DNA of 64,000 nucleotides from Bryobacterales bacterium (GTDB lineage: Bacteria > Acidobacteriota > Terriglobia > Bryobacterales > Bryobacteraceae). Shown one piece after another: positions 58,582-64,000 of this stretch; within the stretch, counting starts at the first letter, position 1; each line of letters starts with the position of its first letter. The notes beneath the pieces were generated by a model. It saw only the letters and a list, made by a program, of their open reading frames with translations, had not been told where the DNA came from and did no database searches. The position numbers and the translations under genes were made by a program. Location: the NCBI GenBank assembly GCA_963774655.1, contig CAVZFZ010000007.1:324085-388084 (forward strand), written 5' to 3'.

Positions 58582-60147
58582 TTACACCAGATCGGAATAC
58601 TCGCGCGAATCGATGGGGACCTCCAGCAGAAAAGGAATTCGTTTGGCGAGCGCGGTTTCCACGCATGCTTTGACTGCCCGGATACTATTCGCCCGCTGAC
58701 TTCCGATTCCAAACGCTTGCGCGATCCGCGTGAAATCCGGAGGATTGAAGTCAACGCCATAGGGAGTAAAACCGCGCCGCTCCGCGCTCACGCGAATCAG
58801 GCTGAGAGATCGATCCACCAGCACGACGACAATTACCGGAAGCGCGAGCTCCCGGATCAGCGCCAGGTCATGCAGCATCATCAGCATTCCGCCGTCGCCC
58901 ACCACAGCGAGGACGGCCTTTTCCGGAGCCACTAGTTGCGCGGCAATCGCTGCGGGGACTCCGAAACCCATCCCGGAGAGCCCGTTCGACATCAGGAACG
59001 TTCCCGGTTCATAGCACCGCCAGAATTGCCCCATAACCAATTTGTGCGATCCTACGTCGCATGTGGCGATGCCGTCGCGAGGAAACACGGCGCGCAGCTC
59101 TTCGATCAATCGCAGCGGCGAAAGCCCGGTGGCGGATTCAGCCGGTGTACGCTGAATCGCGGCGCGCCGGCCATCCAACAATTCCGGCGGCCAAGGTTTA
59201 GCGCTGCTAATTCCTTCCGCCAGCGTGGCCAGCATCGCTCGGAGATCGCCAATGGCTTCGAGCGGCCGATATTTTCCTTCGGCCATGGAAGCCGTGTCCA
59301 GTGCGACAATCGGCACATCCGCGAACCAGGTTTTATCGCACTCCACGGGATCGAACCCCACTGCAAGAATCAGATCGGCGGCGTGAATGGTATCCACGAT
59401 TTCTTTGTCGATCGCCATGCCGGATGCCACGCCGGCAAAGAGGGGATGGTCCTCGCTAGCGATACCCTTGGCCTTCGGCGTCACTAGAAACGGCGACTGT
59501 AGCTTATCGATGAGCGTGCGAACCGCGGGAATCGCAGCGAGTCCGATCAAGACCAGGGGACGTTCGGATGCGTTCACCCGCGCTACGATTTCTTCCACCG
59601 CGCCGCTCTCGTGCTTTTTTGATAGAAGCGGCGCCTCGGTAGAACCCTGGTATTCCTGCACTGCCAAATCGTTCGCGAGCGCGATGTGAACCGGACCCGG
59701 CCGCGGCGCGGCAGCCAGATCCATTGCGCGCGCGACGATTTCCACCGCATCATTTTCGCCAACGCAAAATGAACCTTTGGCGACTGCTGAGAACAGCCGG
59801 TCCAGCGGAAGCCGCTGATGCGTCATGGTATCGATCGTCCGGCTCGGAATCTGTGCCGTAACGGCCAGCATCGGCGCGCGATCCAGCCACGCATTCGCGA
59901 CGCCGGTGATCAGATTGGTAGCGCCAGGACCAAGAGTGGCGATGCACAAACCGGGAGTCCCGGTCATTTGTCCCACTACCTGAGCCATCCAGGCCGCGCT
60001 GGATTCATGGCCGGTGAGGAGAAATCGTAATCCCGCGCGGCGGCAGGCGTCGATAAACGCCACAATCTCACCACCTGGCAAGCCGAAAGCCCAGTGGACG
60101 CCTCGCGCGCGGAGGGTTTGAGCGATGGCTTCGGCGTGATTCGCCAT
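58582..60147 (-). CDS. Thiamine-diphosphate-dependent enzyme (acetolactate synthase large-subunit-like)
   Basis: I chose the start MANHAEAIAQTLRARGVHWAFGLPGGEI. Motifs are GPGATNL and the TPP motif GDGGMLMM...NN-like region. Confidence 0.8.
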   Translation of the reverse strand: MANHAEAIAQTLRARGVHWAFGLPGGEIVAFIDACRRAGLRFLLTGHESSAAWMAQVVGQMTGTPGLCIATLGPGATNLITGVANAWLDRAPMLAVTAQIPSRTIDTMTHQRLPLDRLFSAVAKGSFCVGENDAVEIVARAMDLAAAPRPGPVHIALANDLAVQEYQGSTEAPLLSKKHESGAVEEIVARVNASERPLVLIGLAAIPAVRTLIDKLQSPFLVTPKAKGIASEDHPLFAGVASGMAIDKEIVDTIHAADLILAVGFDPVECDKTWFADVPIVALDTASMAEGKYRPLEAIGDLRAMLATLAEGISSAKPWPPELLDGRRAAIQRTPAESATGLSPLRLIEELRAVFPRDGIATCDVGSHKLVMGQFWRCYEPGTFLMSNGLSGMGFGVPAAIAAQLVAPEKAVLAVVGDGGMLMMLHDLALIRELALPVIVVVLVDRSLSLIRVSAERRGFTPYGVDFNPPDFTRIAQAFGIGSQRANSIRAVKACVETALAKRIPFLLEVPIDSREYSDLV

Positions 60148-60247
60148 ACAGTTCCTACATGATACCGGGAATGCCTGCTTTAAAAAACAGGCACTTAGGT
60201 TCGGCATCCCCCGTGCAGGGAGAAAAGGATTGAGAGGAGGTCCGACT

Positions 60248-60502
60248 ATGAAAGACGTACTGAAAGAGGCGGCCAGGACTGGCGAACGGGTGGCAGAGCG
60301 CATCACTGCATCCAAAGAGGCGGTTGCCGAGGCATTCGAAGACACGCGGCATTTCGTCATTCGGACGCGTCGCACGGTCCGCGATTTGCTCGGCGATGCT
60401 AAATACAACATCAAGCGCTTTCCGTTTCGCTCCGTGGGGCTAGCTTTCGGGGCCGGCGCCATAATCGCCGTTTTGATCTCGCGGAACGCGGGAAAGCGCT
60501 GA
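60248..60502 (+). CDS. DUF883 / YqjD-ElaB-like tail-anchored small protein
   Basis: A helical N-terminus is followed by IKRFPFRSVGLAFGAGAIIAVLISR, a C-terminal transmembrane anchor. Confidence 0.55.
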   Translation: MKDVLKEAARTGERVAERITASKEAVAEAFEDTRHFVIRTRRTVRDLLGDAKYNIKRFPFRSVGLAFGAGAIIAVLISRNAGKR

Positions 60503-60568
60503 CCCGAAGCCGCTCACGTTGAAAAAAATCAGTTCGCAGGCGAAAGCGCCTGCGCCACTTGTGTGGCT

Positions 60569-60739
60569 TCAATGACCGTCGTGATCGGTATCCGAGGAAG
60601 CTCCTTTGGCCTGAGGGCTCAATGTCACGGTGTCCTGGGGCTCTTGCGTTTTCTGCTTGGCCTGCTGCTGGCGCGCCTGCTGGGCCTGTTGCAAATGCGC
60701 TTGATTCGCCGGGCTCGTGCTGCTGATGCTGTTTGTCAT
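60569..60739 (-). CDS. Possible 56-aa Q-rich small protein
   Basis: My own translation reads MTNSISSTSPANQAHLQQAQQARQQQAKQKTQEPQDTVTLSPQAKGASSDTDHDGH. It is below the ORF-track length cutoff and has no family support. Confidence 0.25.
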   Translation of the reverse strand: MTNSISSTSPANQAHLQQAQQARQQQAKQKTQEPQDTVTLSPQAKGASSDTDHDGH

Positions 60740-60797
60740 TGAACTACTCCTTGTGCTGGCTCTTATCGGAGCAGGGTGGAAAAGTATTAGAAAAAAG

Positions 60798-60915
60798 CAC
60801 CGGTCGCTTTACGCTCGCGGTTCGGACAGAGACCTGTTACCGAACCGCGACCGCGAGGGAGCGCTACCACGAAACCAGCACTTTTGTTCACGCTCCCTTG
60901 CGGTCGCGGTTCGGA
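60798..60915. repeat. REP cluster (R-B-like arm plus a complete R-A hairpin)
   Basis: GCACCGGTCGCTTTACGCTCGCGGTTCGG...TTACCGAACCGCGACCGCGAGGGAGCGCTACCACGA...CGCTCCCTTGCGGTCGCGGTTCGG. Confidence 0.85.
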
Positions 60916-60949
60916 ATGCGGCATCCGTGCGTTACCGCGCCGTAATTCC

Positions 60950-62248
60950 TTAGAGCGACCGCAAGAAGTTCAACAGATCCTGTTTCTGCGATCTCCCCAG
61001 CCCCTGGAACACGTTGACCACCCGATTGGCTTCGGAATTCTGCCCGGAATGGTCCAGAATCGCCTGCAACAGATCGTTGGTGCGTCCATCATGCAGGAAA
61101 AAGATCCGCTGGCCGACCCCCCACAATGGCGCCGTGCGAAACTCGTCCGGACCCGCCGTTCCCTGCGTTACTCCATCGGAAAGTTGTGACCCCATGTGGT
61201 GGATCGCTAAATCCGAAAAGAGGTTGACCTGCTGATGGCTCAAGGCCGGACTAGATGAATTTCCGGTGGTGAGCGCAGGCGTGTGGCACATCGCGCATCC
61301 AATGAGCCCAAATAGAGCGCGGCCATCCTGAATGGAAGAAGAACAGCCGGCACCGCTGCAGGCCGGCGTGGGTTGGTCCAGGAATTTCATGAACCCCATG
61401 AAAGACAAGATGTCGGAGGGAGCCGTATTTCCGATACTCATCCCGGAGACGCTTTCCGGCGTTCCGTTGGTAGCGCACTTCGGATCTTCCTCGCGCTCAT
61501 TCGGGAAGTTCTCGTTCGTCACTCCCATCTCCACGTTGTAGGCCTCGCCTGCGAAAATCTCGAGCGATTTGTTTTGCGCCTTCCAGCCGAAGCGAGTGAC
61601 TGTTCCATCGTTGCCGTTGGTATTCAGGCGACCCTTAATGCCTAAGATCGACTTCACGTTGGGATTGCTCGCCAAATTCTGCTGCAGCGTCGAATTGGAG
61701 ATCGACTCTATCAAGCCGCCTCCAAAGATTGGAGTAGGAATCCGGAAGATGATGTTGTTCGTATTGGAAAAATTAGGCTGTGTAATGGCGCATCCCGCCG
61801 GCGCATCCGGACGCCCCACAATCGTGAAAATATCGTGTACGCCGCCGTCCGGCGTTCCGTCCGGATTGCGGATGAACCGGACTTCGCGCACGGGTCCGTT
61901 CATTGCGAGGAAGGCCGGGACCGTATTGCCTGGAGCCATGCTCGCCAAATTCGCGACCTGCGGGTTGATGGCCGGACTCGATCCGCCCATGGCCGGCTGC
62001 GCGTGGCATCCGGCACAGGAATTCAGATTGAATCGCGGACCCAGCCCTTCGGCCACCGTCTCCACTTCACTGAACTGGGGAATGCCGTGATTCGAGAAGA
62101 AGTCCTGCTCGCCTCCCGACATTCCTCCGATTGTTCCGCCCGCACCCGGCGGACCCGGACGAACGCCCGGATCCACCTGGGCATTTAACGAAACTACGCT
62201 AGAGCTTACTCCAAGTATAGAAATCGACAACACTTTGAATAATGTCAT
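60950..62248 (-). CDS. Di-haem oxidoreductase, DUF1111 family (putative peroxidase)
   Basis: Signal peptide after the start MTLFKVLSISILG. It has two CxxCH motifs (CAGCH, CAMCH) and RFGWK, as I recall for DUF1111. Confidence 0.7.
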   Translation of the reverse strand: MTLFKVLSISILGVSSSVVSLNAQVDPGVRPGPPGAGGTIGGMSGGEQDFFSNHGIPQFSEVETVAEGLGPRFNLNSCAGCHAQPAMGGSSPAINPQVANLASMAPGNTVPAFLAMNGPVREVRFIRNPDGTPDGGVHDIFTIVGRPDAPAGCAITQPNFSNTNNIIFRIPTPIFGGGLIESISNSTLQQNLASNPNVKSILGIKGRLNTNGNDGTVTRFGWKAQNKSLEIFAGEAYNVEMGVTNENFPNEREEDPKCATNGTPESVSGMSIGNTAPSDILSFMGFMKFLDQPTPACSGAGCSSSIQDGRALFGLIGCAMCHTPALTTGNSSSPALSHQQVNLFSDLAIHHMGSQLSDGVTQGTAGPDEFRTAPLWGVGQRIFFLHDGRTNDLLQAILDHSGQNSEANRVVNVFQGLGRSQKQDLLNFLRSL

Positions 62249-62646
62249 GTCTAAATACACTCCTGGTTTTGATTTGACTTACTTCTCCGCGGTGGACACA
62301 CCGATCCTAGTTACCGGCGGTAAGTGAAGACGCTTGACACACCTCGAGCGATCACTGATCCGGTAGTATGTTCGCGAGGTTAGGCGAGCACACAGCTACT
62401 AAGTGAAGGTGAGCCCGTTACGACTCAGTTCTACTCGAAAACAGAAGAGGGCGTTGCGCTGACAGAGGGACGGAACCCTCAATTATCCGTAAAGCCGGGA
62501 CGCGGAACTTACTAGCCGTACTAGATAACTTAGCGAGAATATCATCGTATTCGCATCGAAACAACCCCACACTTTCGAACATTACTTAGCCATTCCCGAT
62601 GCGAAGTACTATGGGTACGGCGCATGTTACTTATAAGTTAAGTCTT

Positions 62647-63114
62647 TCAATCCGCGGCAGCTTTCTCGTCGACGTGAAAACCGTCGGATCGTACGCGGTA
62701 GTTCTGCAGCCGGTAGCATTTCGGCGGTTGCTCGAACTTTCGTTGAAAGGCCCGGACGAAACTGGAGTGATGTTCATATCCCACCGCGTGGGCGATCTCC
62801 TTGATCGCCAGATCGGTGGATGAAAGCAAGCGCGCCGCTTTTTGTAGCCGATGTTCGCCGATCAAATCGCTAAGGTGCCTACCGGTTTTCTGTTTGAATA
62901 AGCGCTGCAAGTGCGCTGGGCTGAGCTGAACCTCAAGGGCCAACTCGCTGACCGAGCAGGCGGGCTGCGATTCAATCCGATCCAGCACTTTGTTTAAGCG
63001 GCGTTCCCCGAGCAGCGACTTCAGCCCGCCGTTTTGGGCGGCCGTGCGGAGCAGTTGCGTCTCCTCCGGAGACAACGTGTTTAGCGTATCCATTCGGACC
63101 GAACGGATACCCAT
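62647..63114 (-). CDS. AraC-family transcriptional regulator (HTH domain protein)
   Basis: LSPAHLQRLFKQKTGRHLSDLIGEHRLQKAARLL..TDLAIKEIAHAVGYEHHSSFVRAFQRKF. The start is uncertain (TTG at 63129 or ATG at 63114). Confidence 0.8.
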   Translation of the reverse strand: MGIRSVRMDTLNTLSPEETQLLRTAAQNGGLKSLLGERRLNKVLDRIESQPACSVSELALEVQLSPAHLQRLFKQKTGRHLSDLIGEHRLQKAARLLSSTDLAIKEIAHAVGYEHHSSFVRAFQRKFEQPPKCYRLQNYRVRSDGFHVDEKAAAD

Positions 63115-63419
63115 TTTTGACCGAGGCAATACAGATCTCCTTCGGGAATGGGTTCGATCTTCAGCTTTTGCTCAGGTGAGCGATGTCACCGTTACATGCG
63201 GGATGCTAGCGAGAGAAACGTGCCCCTGAGCGTAACCAGGAGTTCGATCGGAGGGGATATCGATCGGGCAACTCTCTATGGTTTGAGCTAGTAAACGAAC
63301 TCGCTATAGATCCAGCAAATCACGCTTCAAAACAGGAATGTTATCACGCTTATCCGGGACTGTCAAAGAAGAAAGCGCCCTACGAAAAAGGTTTAACCTC
63401 CGTTAGTAATAGTTACAGA

Positions 63420-63508
63420 GTGGGGCAGGTCTGATAACCTGCCGCCGATTGCCAATCGGCCAAAACTGCGCGGCTAACAACTCGCGCGCAGGATGGCATC
63501 CTGCCCCA
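63420..63508. repeat. About 90-bp four-hairpin element, family Q4, inverted relative to 58491-58581
   Basis: GTGGGGCAGGTCTGATAACCTGCCGCCGATTGCCAATCGGCCAAAACTGCGCGGCTAACAACTCGCGCGCAGGATGGCATCCTGCCCCA. Confidence 0.85.
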
Positions 63509-63539
63509 GAAAGACGGATTTCGTGCCAAAATTCATAGC

Positions 63540-64000
63540 ATGGAACAGACCACAAACGCGCTCAGCCGTCGCAGGCTGCTGGACGCCTTGTCGAGCGCGT
63601 CCGCGGGACTCGCCGCCACCGCCCTGATCGCCCGCGAGGTGAAGGCGGCGCCCGCGGAAGAGACCCGTCCGGAACAACTGGAAAACTTCAAGTTCGATAT
63701 CGAGAATCAGAAAGGCTGGGTAGGCCCAGCAGGATCGGCGAAGGAAGCGACCGTTGCGGAGTTTCCGGTATCGCAGAGCATCGCCGGAGTATCCATGCGG
63801 CTGCAACCGGGCGCCATCCGCGAGCTGCACTGGCACGCTCTCGCGGCGGAGTGGGCGTATGTCCTGGAAGGCCGCTGCCGCGCTACCGTGATTGCGCCCA
63901 ACGGACAGGCTGAGGTTTCCGTGTTCGAAACCGGGGACACCTGGTATTTCCCGCGCGGCCATGGCCACGCGCTGCAAGGTCTGGGACCGGGCGAGTGCCA
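63540..64000 (+). CDS. Tat-exported cupin (oxalate decarboxylase/oxidase-like bicupin), N-terminal part; continues beyond the window
   Basis: My own translation reads MEQTTNALSRRRLLDAL... (twin-arginine), then GAIRELHWHALAAEWAYVLEGRCRATV...TWYFPRGHGHALQG. It is absent from the track because no stop lies in the window. Confidence 0.75.
   Translation, partial: MEQTTNALSRRRLLDALSSASAGLAATALIAREVKAAPAEETRPEQLENFKFDIENQKGWVGPAGSAKEATVAEFPVSQSIAGVSMRLQPGAIRELHWHALAAEWAYVLEGRCRATVIAPNGQAEVSVFETGDTWYFPRGHGHALQGLGPGEC

Overview
This is a GC-rich (about 60%) chromosomal segment that looks acidobacterial. The evidence for that is a giant FG-GAP protein ending in the Solibacter-type C-terminal domain, a PEP-CTERM protein, and characteristic palindromic repeat families; this taxonomy is inference only. 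I support about 60 protein-coding genes, mostly housekeeping or envelope functions: aceE, fabD, purE/purK, cobB-larC-metG-tatD, ispB-like, metK-ahcY, tig, htrA, motAB, two sensor kinase systems, and many secreted or hypothetical proteins. I found no rRNA, tRNA or CRISPR. Four things stand out. (1) At least 25 single-base frameshifts interrupt otherwise well-conserved, partly essential genes. Almost all behave as one extra base, and ten of them fall within 19.9-22.9 kb. (2) The density of palindromic REP/MITE-like repeats is very high: five families at about 25 loci, with nested insertions, and several elements supply stop or start codons to flanking genes. (3) A perfect 39-bp direct repeat brackets a two-gene aldo-keto reductase / SnoaL-like cassette. 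(4) A 14.5-copy tandem array of a 20-bp unit sits upstream of the polyprenyl synthase gene. There is also an IS4-family transposase remnant of near full length. I did not recognise a defence island or other obvious novel multi-gene system. The best candidates for uncharacterised modules are the DUF2089 / membrane / SHOCT-like triad and the HDOD-motAB-RHH-receiver cluster. All family calls rest on motif recognition by eye; no database search was possible.
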